Below are positions 27,245 through 40,458 of a stretch of DNA of 64,000 nucleotides, piece after piece (position 1 is the stretch's first letter; each line of letters opens with the position of its first letter). Location: the NCBI GenBank assembly GCA_951406725.2, contig OX597817.1:168640001-168704000 (forward strand). Direction: 5' to 3'. Made by a program: the position numbers and the translations under genes. This DNA comes from Octopus vulgaris (Eukaryota). Below the pieces are notes generated by a model that saw nothing but the letters and a program-made list of their open reading frames with translations, did no database searches and was not told the origin of the DNA.

Positions 27245-28124
27245 TTAAGGATGGGTTATAATTGATTGTGACAACCCAGTACTTTGTTGTACTTTACTGA
27301 CACTTATTAACACTTGTGGGGGGTTGAATTCAGGACGTAATGACTTGTAACTAAATATTGCAAGGCATTTTGTTTGATGCTGCATCAATACAGTTATCTA
27401 ACAGCCCCACAGAAAATTATAATTTTAATGATAACGACTTTATGTATTTAGGGACTTTATTGCACTGGGTTCTGATGAAATAGATCACTAGAAGTCATTT
27501 TCTCTGGTTTTACTTTGTAATAAATGAATTATGAAGATAATGAAAGGTAAAAATAACAGAAGAAATATGGTGTGTATCAGATAACTATCTTGAAGCAAAT
27601 ACACTGTTGGACCACTGCTACAATATTTACTCTATGTTGTCTACTGAGACATATATTAGAACCATTATAGCTAAATCTCTATAGTCTTGGTAACTATATG
27701 CTACTATATTTAGGGAAATTGGTTGAAAAATTTTTTAAGGAACATCTTACTGTCCAACACTGTTCTCTCTGAGCTATGTGCATGTACACACATTTTTGGC
27801 AACCTGTGGACTGAAAATTTGACATGTACATGAAAAATTTGTTGTCTAAAATAATATCAACTACTTGAGCTTGCTAAGATTGGCCTGACTCATTCACACT
27901 ATCCATTCTGATCCTGCATAATTTTTAGGTCAGCAAGGCACCATCGTATGTCCATACAGAGCCAGTTGATGAATGTTTTTGCTTGACAGGTAATTCATGA
28001 ATATTTCTGTCAGGATGTTTTTCAGAGTGTAATGCTAATGAGTTCTTGCTTAGTTCTCCAGCAATGCCTTGCAAAACCTTTCCCTCTCCAAGTCATCAGT
28101 GATTGTAAGAAAACTGGCATGTAG

Positions 28125-28361
28125 TTTCTTATTTGTTTATTGCCCGCAAGGGGCTAAACATAGAGGGGACAAACAAGGACAGACAAAGGGATTAAGTTGA
28201 TTAGATTCACCCCAGTGCGTAACTGGTACTTAATTTATCGACCCCGAAAGGATGAAAGGCAAAGTCAACCTTGGCAGAATTTGAACTCAGAACGTAATAG
28301 CAGTTGAAATACCGCTAAGCATTTCGCCCGGCGTGCTAATGTTTCTGCCAGCTTGCCGCCT
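28125..28361 (-). mobile_element. SINE family B
   Basis: Family match. Confidence 0.88.
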
Positions 28362-28452
28362 AAAATTGGTACTACATAAGATTTTTGCAATAATTGGCTA
28401 TCATCATCATCATGTGAATAGACTTGGTAGACGGAAACTGAAAGAAGCCCGT

Positions 28453-28491
<39 letters not shown>

Positions 28492-29682
28492 TTTCCCCTT
28501 CCTCCCTTATTTTTCTTTTCCCTTTTCTCTTTTTGTCTCTCTCCCCTTCTCCAAACACACAGAGACACACACACACACACGCACACACAACAAACACACA
28601 CACACACACAAACACACACGGACACACAGACACACATACACACCTCCACAAAACGATCATAAAAAGTGGAAAGAGTTCTTAGACCCCCAAACGGCATTTG
28701 ACCATCCTCAAAATGATAAAAGGTGTAATTTATGGCCTGCTTACCCACCAACACACACTCAGTGACACTGAAGTGGTCAAAGCTGAAATTCTTAGAAACC
28801 CCTTGGAGTCCAGCAGACCAAAGGAAATCCTTCTTCTTCCCTCTCCCTTCCCCTCTTTCTCTTTAGCCTCAGATACAAATGCGAGTGCACACACACACAC
28901 ACACACATACATACATACACATACACACATGTTCTCTCACTCACTTCCTCCTCATCCACTTCACCCTCTTGTGCTGTCTTGTTCCTCCCCACCACTACGA
29001 AACTCTTTAAAATGATTAAAATTCCCCACAAAGGAATTATTTTGATTTGAAAACCCCACTAGAATGGGAGAAAGCGCTAATGATCTAAATGATATGATAT
29101 ATATGTAAAAAATGTAATATATAAATAAATATCTGTAAATATAAACCATCTGATCTGACCTCATTTCTTCTAATATATATATATATATGTATATGTATGT
29201 GTGTGTGTGTGTATATGTTTCTGTGTCTGTGTTTGTTCCCCCAACATCACTTGACAACCGATGCTGGTGTGTTTACATCCCCGTAACTTAGCAGTTCGGC
29301 AAAAGAGACCGATAGAATAAGTACTAGGCTTACAAAGAATAAGTTCTGGGGTTGATTTGCTCGACTAAAGGTGGTGCTCCAGCATGGCCACAGTCAAATG
29401 ACTGAAACAAGTAAAAGAGAATATATAAATACACATACACACACACACGTGTGCTCACACATATACACAGTCTTCCACACAGTTTCTAGATTCAGTCTAC
29501 TGAATACACTCACAAGGCATTGGTCAGCCTGAGGTAATAGTGGAAGATACCTGCCCAAGGTGCTAAGCTGTGGGACTGAACCTGAAACTATGTGGTTGCA
29601 AAATGAGTATCTTAACCATATAGCCATGCCAGCACCTCGTAGATTTTGAGTTCAATCCCAGTTGTGCACTTAATTCAGATTG

Positions 29683-30000
29683 TGAAGGCATGTGGCTTAG
29701 TGGTTAGAGTATTCAGCTTATGAGCACAAGGTCATGAGTTCAATTCCTGGCGGCTCATTGTGTCCTTGAGCAGGACACTTTATTTCACGTCGCTCCAGTC
29801 CACTCAGCTGGCAAAAATGAGCTTTTCCTCATAATTGAAAGGGTTAGCCTTGTCACACTCTGTGTCATGCTGAAATTCTCTGAGAACTACACTAAGGGTA
29901 AATGTGTCTGTGGAGTACTCAGCCACTTGCACATTAATTTCATGAGCAGGTTGTTCTGTTGGTCTGATCAACTGGAATCCTTATTGTCATAACCAACAAA
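29683..30000 (+). mobile_element. Chimeric SINE: E-type tRNA/CORE head with C-type tail
   Basis: TGTGTCCTTGAGCAGGACACTT core; tail GCCTTGTCACACTC...ATCAACTGGAA matches 40285-40450. Confidence 0.72.
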
Positions 30001-30159
30001 GAAACAGTTTTTTTCTTTTAATTTAGACTAATCCTGTATGCCTAAACCATTGTGACAATCATTGAAGTACCAAAGTGTCTGTGGTATTTTAGTTATGGCT
30101 CTTTATCTTTCGAGCTGAAGTGCTTATGTGGTCATCCTTCATGAATCAATAAAATAAAG

Positions 30160-31147
30160 GAGACCCCCCCCACTTCAGTTATGAATGACCATGAGATTGC
30201 ACCTTGAAAGTTTCATACTTCTTTACTACCCACAAGGGGATCAACACGGAGAGGACAAACAGGGACAGACAAATGAATTAAGTCAATTATATCGACCCCA
30301 GTGTGTAACTGGTACTTAATTTATCGACCCCGAAAGGATGAAAGGCAAAGTTGACCTCGGCGGAATTTGAACTCAGAACGTAACGGCAGACAAAATACAG
30401 CTGCGCATTTCGCCCGGCGTGCTAACATTTCTACCAGCTCGTCTTTTGAGTCACAAGTCTGGGCAAGGTTGTTTATGGAAGACCAGCAGTGGCCCATGCA
30501 TACCAGCCTCCTATCTCCACACCACTGATGTTATCCAAGGGAAAGGCAAAGGGGCTGATATAGCTTTGGCACCAGTGACATTGCAACTCATTTCTATACC
30601 TAAGTGAACTGGAGTAATGTGAAACAAAGTGTCTTGCTCAAGAACATAACATACAGCGCAGGAGTGGCTGTGTGGTAAGTAGCTTGCTTACCAACCACAT
30701 GGTTCCGGGTTCAGTCCCACTGCGTGGCATCTTGGGCAAGTGTCTTCCACTATAGCCCCGGGCCGACCAAAGCCTTGTGAGTGGATTTGGTAGACGGAAA
30801 CTGAAAGAAGCCCGTCGTATATATGTATATATATATATGTGTGTGCGTGTATGTTTGTGTGTCTGTGTTTGTCCCCCTAGCATTGCTTGACAACCGATGC
30901 TGGTGTGTTTATGTCCCCGTCACTTAGCGGTTCGGCAAAAGAGACCAATAGAATAAGTACTGGGCTTACAAAGAATAAGTCCCGGGGTCGAGTTGCTCGA
31001 CTAAAGGTGGTGCTCCAGCATGGCCGCAGTCAACTGACTGAAACAAGTAAAAGAGTAGAGTAAAAGAGAGAGCCTGGTCTGAAAAACCAACCCACTGCCT
31101 CGTGATCATGAGCCTGACACTCTAACCACTGAGCTATGTGCCTTCCC
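30160..31147 (-). mobile_element. SINE family E with nested SINE B (30215-30442, -) and SINE A (30656-31070, +)
   Basis: E pieces are colinear with 7085-7414; TSD CAATAAAATAAAG at 30147-30159 and 31148-31160. Confidence 0.85.
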
Positions 31148-31620
31148 CAATAAAATAAAGTATCAGGTAAATACTAGTGTCAGTTTAGTATGCTTATAAA
31201 GTCTCCTAGATGAGAGTGAAATTATAATGGTTTCAAGTTCTAACATGGGCTCAGCAGTTTTTGAGGGGATGGGGAAGTTGATTGCATCAACCCCAATACT
31301 TGAGTGTTACTTATTTTATCAACCCTGAAAGAAGGAAAGGCAAAGTCTTTTTTTTTTTTTTTTTTTGAGCTCAGAACATGAAGATGAATGAAATGCTATA
31401 AAGCATTTTGTCTGCATGCTGTTGGTTCTGCCAGTTCACAGACTGAAATTATAATAGAAGACTAAGGCCTATCAATTTAAGAAATTAGTAACAGATCATT
31501 ATGCTTCTCTGGCTTTTTATTGTGATGGACATTAATCTCTCACACAATCAACACCATCGGGCTGGAACCAAGAATCAATTCTGAAGTGCTATTTGATGTC
31601 CTGAAAGATGTTTGTATTTA

Positions 31621-32015
31621 TCTCTCTCTCTATATAAAGCTGAAGTTGTCTGTGTATGGCAGGTTTGGTAGCCTTCAACTAAAACTATGTCCTCCGAGAC
31701 CCTGCGGCGCAAGTTGACCAAAATTGAGAGTATGATAGAAGAAGGCTTGCTCTTCCTTCCGTAGCAGATAAAATTCAAATCGGACCATGTTAACACCAAA
31801 AATTATTTACATCAAAAAGGTGATTTTTTTTCTATGAAAATCCCTATTATTTACCATTTTTTCACTGCTGTGTCACCATTTTTCGGTGTATTTCAACCAG
31901 AAAAATGTTCACTTAAAGAGAATAACAAGCTACATAATGCAAAATTTTTACTTTTCAAAAGTTCCAATTCTAAAGGGTCGAAATAAACCCGAGCAATGCC
32001 GGGCGATACTGCTAG
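31621..32015 (+). mobile_element. Non-autonomous Helitron, same family as 14009-14452
   Basis: A|TC ... CCCGAGCAATGCCGGG hairpin ... CTAG|T. Confidence 0.88.
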
Positions 32016-32275
32016 TATATATATAATTCTCACAGATATTGAATAGAGTTCTCTTCTACAGCCAAAGATGCTTTTCTGCACATGTAAATTTCTTACACCT
32101 GAAAATATCTTGTATCTCTATAAGACTATACTTCAACTTTGCATTGAACAATGCTGTCATTTTTGGTACAGTATTTCCTCTGAGTGTCTTAATTCATTTG
32201 ATCAAATTCAGAACTGAGTTATTAACACGGCAAGTCCTCAACTTTCTACTATACTGGAATCTTTGGCTCATAAGG

Positions 32276-32688
32276 CTGTGAGCTGGTAGAAGCGTTAGTG
32301 CGCCGGGCGAAATGCTTAGCGGTATTTCGTCTGTCGTTACGTTCTGAGTTCAAATTCCGCAGAGGTCGACTTTGCCTTTCATCTTTTCGGGGTCGATAAA
32401 TAAAGTACCAGTTTCGCACTGGGGTCGATGTAACCGGCTTAATCCCTTTGTCTGTCCTTGTTTGTCCCCTCTTTGTTTAGCCCCTTGTGGGTAGTAAAGG
32501 AATAGGTATTTCGTCAGTCGTTACGTTCTGAGTTTAAATTCCACAGAGGTCGACTTTGCCTTTCATCCTTTCGGGGTCGATAAATAAAGTACCAGTTTCG
32601 CACTGGGGTCGATGTAACCGGCTTAATCCCTTTGTCTGTCCCTGTTTGTCCCCTCTATGTTTAGCCCCTTGTGAGCAGTAAAGAAATA
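32276..32688 (+). mobile_element. SINE family B with two tandem bodies
   Basis: Junction AATAG|GTATTTCGTC; flanking TGGAATCTTTGG(C/T)TCAT duplication. Confidence 0.88.
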
Positions 32689-35341
32689 TATATTGGAATC
32701 TTTGGTTCATCATTGAAATGTATCTTTGTTGTGTCTTTCGTTTAAGTATTTCCATGGTCATTGCTCTAATAAACATTCTGGTCTCATACTCTCTTTAAAT
32801 GTTCCATCCATTTCTTTTCCCAGGTTCATCATTTTTCTGTAGAACTTAATCTTTAGTCCTTTTATTCTAATAACTTCCTTCCTTGAACTGCTGCTTTATG
32901 GAACTAATTACTATCATCTTGTTTATCTTTGAACTATTCACTCCATCAAGCTTTCTGTCAATCAACATTTTTGAATTTGTAGGCCATTTCCTTTCTTTCT
33001 TTGTAGTTCCTTACAACGCAGTGACCTCAAGCCTTGTCTAAGACAAAATCATATTAAAAAAATGTGGTTTTAACATTATAAGGCGGCCATTGTTGTTGTT
33101 TAGCTTCATGATATCCCTGTGATCAAAGATGTTCCATTGATAACAATTCCATCTTTTATTCAAACACAGTATACATGATTTAATATCTTCTTCTTATAAA
33201 TGTATATATATATTTTCTTTTTGAAAATATATATATATATGATAAAATGAGATTTGAGGAATCTCTCGCTATTTCTAGCTGGTTATATAACTGTATTGAA
33301 TAATCACCTAGAGGCTTTCTCAATGGCATCACAATGAGCTTGCTGTTTGGAGATGGTAAGATAGGTCATGTATTTTTATAGTAGATTAATATTCCTCACG
33401 GCTGCTACAACACTTACCAAACTTACTATTCTAGCTACTAATTAATTCATTGATTAACTTATATGGAGGCTTTGTGTCTGGAAATTCCATAAGAGAACAA
33501 CAATATCATTGCAGTTTGATGTTGATCATTTCCTGGAGTGCAGGTGAGAAAGAAACAAGACCTTTCTTATAGAGGCAGGTTTTCACTTTGAGACTCAAAT
33601 TTCTCTCTGGTGCTCTCGGATGGAATGGTAATAGCTTGTCAGGGGTGTAGGGTAGATTTCATAATACAGGAGAGAATGGGGGAGGAAGGGGTAAATGTGG
33701 GGAGGTTGGAGGAGGGGGTTTCGACTAGAATGAACACAAGCAATACAGGATTAACCATTCTTTTAGTCTTATCTAAATATAAGAATTGGAGAGAAGAGAA
33801 AATTATTTTTCTCTCAGTGTCATAAACTTTCACAGTATATGTATATATATATATATATATACATATATATGTGTGTGTGTGTGTAGGCATGTATGTATGT
33901 ATGTAAACATTTAAATATATGTATATAGAAATGTGTATGGTTGTATATATATTTATAAATCTAATCATATGTATATATGTGTCTATAAAATACCTATAAA
34001 TACACAAACTTCTCAGATATATTTTATATATATTTATATATATATATATATATATATATACATACATACATACATAATGCTTATCTATGTCTGTCTGTCT
34101 GCCAGTCTCTGTGTGAGCGTGTGTGTGTGTGTGTATATGTATGTGTGTATGTATATTTCAAGTGATGCGTACACACACACACACACACTCTCTCTCTTAT
34201 ATATATGTGGGTGTGTATATTTTAAGTAGTGCCTGTATTGTTGATATATTATGGCTTGCCGTTCTCAACTATGGCAGCAGTAATGGCGCCAGAATAATCA
34301 ATAATGTTCCAATAATGGTAGGTTAAGGCAGAAATAACATAGGAACCGAGCAGCAGAAAATCAGGGAGGGCGAGGGTGGAATGCAATCCAAAAAAATAAA
34401 TAAATAAATAAATAAATAAACATGTAAAAAAAAAAAAGAACAAAGACAAAAACACTGCCGATAAAACAAGCTACATAAGTTGAAATCTTTGAGGAGCTGA
34501 TGGAAAGAATCTGGGAAGTAAAAGACAGAAAGAAAGAGTAGGAATGAAATATGGCAGGGATGTTGTGAGGTGGTGGTGGTGGTGGTGGTGGTGAGATGCG
34601 GTGGCGGCGGCAGTGGAAGAATGTTTCCTTTTGCAACATCTTGAATAATTCCAAGACAGGTTGGAATGCATGGGAACTTGTTGAGCTCGGCTTGTTTGAA
34701 TGAAGATCTGGGAGAAAGCAATTTTGCTACCGATTGTTTGCCGAACGAAGAGGAATCTGTGTGACAAGAATATCGGTTTTGTTTTTCTTCTTCATTCTTC
34801 TGACATATTTTCCTCCTTCAGGCGGTGATAATGGTCCTCCACAGTTGCTAGAGATGTTCCATGTTCTGTGATGATGAAAACTGCGGTGGAGATGGTGTGG
34901 CGGTGGAGATAGTGGTGGAGGTGGTAGAGATAGTGAATATGTCTTCTCTTTAATATTTACTCGGCAATACAGACGTACAATGTCATTTCCAGGGATTCAT
35001 TGAAACACGGTGTTGACTTAATTAGTTTTCATTCACTTCTTTTAATCCATTATTCTTTCATGTTTTTTTTTTTCTCAAGTATTGTTTTTGCCAATGTTTC
35101 ATCCTTTCCCCATTGGCACTTTACACTCCTTTACACTTCCATTTCTTCACAGCTTTACACCTTAAACAGCTTCAAATTTTGATAGTTCATCCCTTCATAA
35201 CTTCTTTCTATAACATCTCTACTGTTTCCCAAAACTTACCCTTCACAACTTCCTTCCTTCTACAGTTCTATATTTAAGAGATGAGGAATTATTTACATTA
35301 TTTACATTTGACAGATATTTGTCCTCATCTTATTTGTTGTT

Positions 35342-35387
35342 AACACAACATTTTGGTTGATACACCCTCCAGCCTTCTTCAGGTGTC
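35342..35387 (-). ncRNA. Degenerate minimal type I hammerhead motif in a Penelope-like remnant
   Basis: GACAC-CUGAAGA-A-GGCUG..CAACC-AAAAU-GUU-GUGUU; GAAAC is mutated. Confidence 0.45.
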
Positions 35388-35434
35388 TTGAGGAAATTTC
35401 AAACCTGGGTTCTCATTCCTAAGGTATTCTTTGA

Positions 35435-35501
<67 letters not shown>

Positions 35502-36107
35502 GTTGTTGTTGTTCAGGTTACTGCTTGGAATTGAACTTGGAATCTTGGGGTTAGTAGTCTGTGCTCTTAACCACTATGCCATATGCCCTTCCTTCTCTCA
35601 ACTCGGCTTCCCTTCTTCACATTTTCACTCCTTCACATCTTTTGCTTGTTTCAGTCATTAGACTGTGGCCATGCTGGGGCACCACCTTGAAGGACTTTTA
35701 GTCGAATTAATTGATCCCAGTACTTACTTCTTAAATTTTGATACTTATTCTGTTAGTCTCTTTTAACAAACCACTAAGTTACAGGGATGTAAACATACAA
35801 ACACTGATTGTTAAGCAGTGGTGGGAGGGGACATAGACACACACACTCACACATGCATGCATGCACGCTCACACACACACAACAGACATCTCTACCTTGT
35901 ACAAATGTTAAAATTTTTATAATAGGTGCAAGCGTGGCTCTATGGTGAACAGTTTGCTTCTCAACCACATGGTTCTGGGTTCAATTCCACTGCATGCCAC
36001 CTTGGGTAAGTGTTTTCTACTATTGCCTCAGGCTGACCACAGCCTTGTGAGTGGACTTGGCACATGGAAACTGAAAGAAGCCTGTCGTGTACATATATAT
36101 ACACACA

Positions 36108-37008
36108 TACTCTTTTACTCTTTACTCTTTTACTTTTTACTTGTTTCAGTCATTTGACTGCGGCCATGCTGGAGCACCGCCTTTAATCAAGCAACTCGAC
36201 CCCGGGACTTATTCTTTTGTAAGCCCAGTACTTATTCTATCGGTCTCTTTTGCCGAACCGCTAAGTAACGGGGACATAAACACACCAGCATCGGTTGTCA
36301 AGCAATGCTAGGGGACAAACACAGACACACAAACACACACACACGCATATATATATATATATAATATATATATATATATAATTAAAAATGAGGGTGTCTA
36401 AAAGACACCAACATGCCGAAATAGCAGTCGAAACTCTGACTATAAAACCACGTTAAATGTTGATATCGCACCATGAGGTAAAGCGGAGGGACAAAACATA
36501 CTAGCAAAAATTATTGAATAATTCAAGATCCAAGGATTTCTGGTTCTGCTTTAGATAAGCTTTACCGTCATCAATTGAATATATCAAGGGTACATAAATA
36601 CAGATATATATATGCACAGCAAACGATATACTTACATATACAAGCGTCGTACATACATACATATGCACGTATGGACACAGCCAGTTTGAATCGCCCGCCA
36701 AATTACCGCATAAGTACGATATGGTTAAAATAAGCACCGCAGTGAATATAATAACGAATTATATAAATTTATATATGAGGATAATATCGATATTTAAGTG
36801 TCGAAATTATCAAGTGGCCATATATATATATATACACATATATACGACGGGCTTCTTTCAGTTTCTGTCTACCAAATCCACTCACAAGGCTTTGGTCGGC
36901 CCGAGGCTATAGTAGAAGACACTTGTCCAAGGTGCCACGCAGTGGGACTGAGCCCGGAACCATGTGGTTGGTAAACAAGCTACTTACCACACAGCCACTC
37001 CTGTGCCT
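36108..37008 (-). mobile_element. SINE family A split by a ~435-bp insertion (36380-36815) in its (TA)n linker
   Basis: Tail half 36108-36350 and head half 36820-37008 are colinear with intact copies. Confidence 0.85.
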
Positions 37009-37328
37009 AAATAAATTGCGAGCTCACCAGGATGTAAAAGACTTTTTCATTTTCCCCGAGCATCAAACTAGTACACCTGCCTGTTGTTCATACACCTGTC
37101 TTCGTCTTTTGTTTTTCTATAAATTTCAGCTATATATATACATATGAGAAGAAAAAGGGACTAAAAAAGGTAGATATCAATAAAGCACTTGGTTTTAAAG
37201 AAATTTGGTTAACTATATCCAACAATTAGTAAATGTAAGTAGAATACAACATCTGAGGTAATTCCTCATGGAAGAGAATTAGATCCAAATATCGTTTAGA
37301 AAAATTTCAAGAAATTCAGAGTATTAAG

Positions 37329-37590
37329 CAACAAAAATATGTATAGAGAAAATCACATCTTTAATAGTAGACTTCCCCTAATAAAGCTGACAATTGTTTC
37401 TGTTGAATTAACATATTTAGATATATGAAATGTCATTGAAATAGTTTATTACTAAAATACGTATTTGGAAATATTAATTTCAATGATATTTTCTATTTCT
37501 AAGTACATTAATTCAACAGAAATAATTGTCGGCTTTATTAGGGGAACTCTGCTATTAAAGATGTGATTTTCTCTACTTGTATCTTTGTTG
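37329..37590. repeat. Fold-back palindrome, ~260 bp
   Basis: TAGAGAAAATCACATCTTTAATAG...TTCCCCTAATAAAGC / GCTTTATTAGGGGAA...CTATTAAAGATGTGATTTTCTCTA. Confidence 0.88.
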
Positions 37591-37604
37591 TTATATATGT
37601 ATAT

Positions 37605-37815
37605 GTGAAGGCGCATGGCTCAGTAGTTAGGGCATTGAGCTTACAATCGTGAGGTTGTGAGTTCGAATCCTGGACCGGGCTGCATGTTGTGTTCTTGAGC
37701 AAGACACTTTATTTCACGTTGCTCCACTTCACTCAGCTGTAGAAATGAGTTGCGACATCACTGGTGGCATGGAGAGGGGAAGCCGGTATGCATGGGCGAC
37801 TGCTGGTCTTCCATA
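37605..37815 (+). mobile_element. SINE family E, internally deleted and 3'-truncated
   Basis: GGCTCAGTAGTTAG A-box, GAGTTCGAATCC B-box, CORE-like domain. Confidence 0.8.
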
Positions 37816-37865
37816 ATTGAAAAAAATAATGAACAGCCTTAATTGATTTTCAAACCTTATATATA

Positions 37866-38098
37866 CAGGGTTGGCCAAAAGTCACCTGACAGTAAATGAA
37901 AACCGTTTAATTCCAAGATTTATTTATGTTTAACAACCGAATGAATTTAATAAAAGCGTTTAAATATGAAGCATCATGAAAATTGTTCCAACTGAAGTCC
38001 TCCTTGTAAACTTTCATAATTGGAATGAATAAATGAAATTGAATATTAAGTATCTATGGAATTTTTATTTACTGTTGGGTGACTTTTAGCCATCCCTG
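37866..38098. mobile_element. Tc1/mariner-type MITE
   Basis: TA|CAGGGTTGGCCAAAAGTCACCTGACAGTAAAT ... ATTTACTGTTGGGTGACTTTTAGCCATCCCTG|TA (32-bp TIR, 4 mismatches). Confidence 0.88.
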
Positions 38099-38457
38099 TA
38101 TATATGTATGTATATATGTCAGTCAGTCAGTCCCCCGTAAAAAGCATCCAGTGCACACTGTAAAATGGTTGGTATTTGAAAGGGCCATCAAAACCACGCC
38201 AAAACAGACAGTGGAACTTGTTGCAGCTCTTCCTATCACCAACTCTTTACTGTGGGTATTTCATTATGGCACAAGCACTATGGAGGTCATTATATTCACA
38301 ACAATGCTAAAGGGTCCGCTCAACCCTTCTTTATTTCTGTCTGTTTAACAATCACTTTACAACATATAATGGGGAAACACTTTATTGTGGTACAGGCACA
38401 AGAAGGATTAGTCCACCCCTGCATAAAACTAAAGACTCCTCACTACTTTATTATTCT

Positions 38458-38872
38458 TATTTCTTTATTGGCCACAAGGGGCTAAATATAGAGGCGACAA
38501 ACAAAGACAGACAAAGGGATTAAGTTGATTACATCGACCCCAGTGCGTAACTGGTACTTAATTTATTGACCCCAAAAGGATGAAAGGCAAAGTCGACCTT
38601 GACGGAATTTGAACTCAGAATGTAATGGCTGATGAAATACTTATTTCTTTACTACTCACAAGGGGCCAAACACAGAGAGGATAAACAAGGACAGACAAAC
38701 AGATTAAGTCGATTATATCGACCCCAGTGCATAACTGGTACTTTTTTAATCGACCCCGAAAGGCTGAAAGTCAAAGTCGACCTCGGCGGAATTTGAACTC
38801 AGAACGTAGCTGCAGACGAAATACTGCTAAGCATTTCGCCCGGCGTGCTAACGTTTCTGCCAGCTCACTGCC
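38458..38872 (-). mobile_element. SINE family B with two tandem bodies
   Basis: Family match. Confidence 0.85.
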
Positions 38873-38979
38873 AGTAAATTATTATTCTCACAACCTTAGG
38901 GTTCTGCTGTGAGGGTTGAACAATAGTAAAACAAATTACCTTGTTTCATCGAGTCCACATGCCACTTTCTTTTATCCCT

Positions 38980-39370
38980 TCTCTTTTACTTGTTTCAGTC
39001 ATTAGACAGTGGCCACCACATTGGTGTCGGAGCACCACCTGGGGGAATTTTTTAGTTGAATGAATTGATCCCAGTACTTACTTTTTTTTTAAGCTTGGTA
39101 CTTATTCTATCAGTCTCTTTTTGCCAAGCTGCTATGTTACATGTAAACCCACCAGCACCAGTTGTCAAGCAGTAGTGGGGGCCAAACACAAACACACAGA
39201 CACACATGATGGACTTCTTTCAGTTTCTGTTTACCAAATCTACTCACAAGGCTTTCGTCAGCCTGAGACTATAATAGAAGACATTTGCCTAAGGTTCCAC
39301 ACTGTGGGACTGAACCCAGAACCATGTGGTTGGGAAGCTCGCTTCTTATCACACAGCCACGTCCTGCACA
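38980..39370 (-). mobile_element. Old SINE family A
   Basis: Diverged family match. Confidence 0.75.
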
Positions 39371-40071
39371 CTACAATTACATCTTTAATATTTTATGCTT
39401 CTTCTGTATTGTCCCACAACTGAATACATGCCAATATTACTAATGGTAAGTTTTGTATTTGAATATCAAACTAAGCAAATTATACAGAATGCTTCCACAG
39501 CAATATGATTTTATGAGAACAATGAATAATAAAGTATAAATGCTAATTTCACTATTACCTTTCCTCCAATACACAAGAGAGCTAGAGTCAGCACCAATGC
39601 ACACAACCACATTCATCTACACTTCACATTACCTTCACCTTTCAGAAAACCCTCCAGTGGTTCACCCCATCCAATCGTCTAATCAGAATACCGAACCACT
39701 GTTATTGTATAGTATACTATAAATTCATCTGTATTATGTATTATATAATGAAAACTGAATAAAATATGACTGCATAATTATAATAAATAAAGAAGCAAAT
39801 TTTTATTGATAAAACGTGGACAAAGGATAGCTAATAATGTCTCTGTTCGTAGATATTGAACATATGAAAAAACAAACTAGGAATTAAAAAGTAACTATAT
39901 GCCATACCCCTGCATAAACCGTGTTCTTATTTTCATTACTGATTACAATGGAGAACAGTGAAAAGCATCTCTTATGTTTCTAACACTCAATATTTCCTAC
40001 TGAAACTTGTGGTAATGTTTGGAAAACAAAATTGATAATAAAGTTGTTTTAAAATATTATAAATGTATTGT

Positions 40072-40458
40072 GTGGAGGCGCAATGGCCCAGTGGTTAGGG
40101 CAGCGGACTCGCGGTCATAGGATCGCGGTTTTCATTCCCAGACCGGGCGTTGTGAGTGTTTATTGAGCGAAAACACCTAAAAGCTCCACGAGGCTCCGGC
40201 AGGGGATGGTGGTGATCCCTGCTGTACTCTTTCACCACAACTTTCTCTCACTCTTACTTCCTGTTTCTGTTGTACCTGTATTTCAAAGGGCCGGCCTTGT
40301 CACTCCCTGTGTCACGCTGAATATCCCCGAGAACTACGTTAAGGGCACACGTGTCTGTGGAGTGCTCAGCCACTTACACACTAATTTCACGAGCAGGCTG
40401 TTCCGTTGATTCGGATCAACTGGAACCCTCATCGTCGTAACCGACGGAGTGCTTCCAA
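40072..40458 (+). mobile_element. SINE family C (tRNA-Arg-like head), full length
   Basis: GGCGCAATGGCCCAGTGGTTAGGGCAGCGGAC-TCG; near-identical inverted copy at 57684-58065. Confidence 0.88.

Noticed and set aside
27440-28110. Complex-looking stretch as exon or LINE (also 32700-33000)
   Set aside because: No long ORF in the track and no motif I can name
33515-33550. Possible micro-exon TTGCAG|...CAG|GTGAGA (similar candidates at ~19318-19340 and ~28746-28790 on the minus strand)
   Set aside because: Weak pyrimidine tracts and no recognisable peptide; expected by chance
40072-40145. Functional tRNA-Arg gene (also 37605, 52950, 57990)
   Set aside because: No proper acceptor stem or terminator; runs into a SINE body, and the 57684 copy has a TSD
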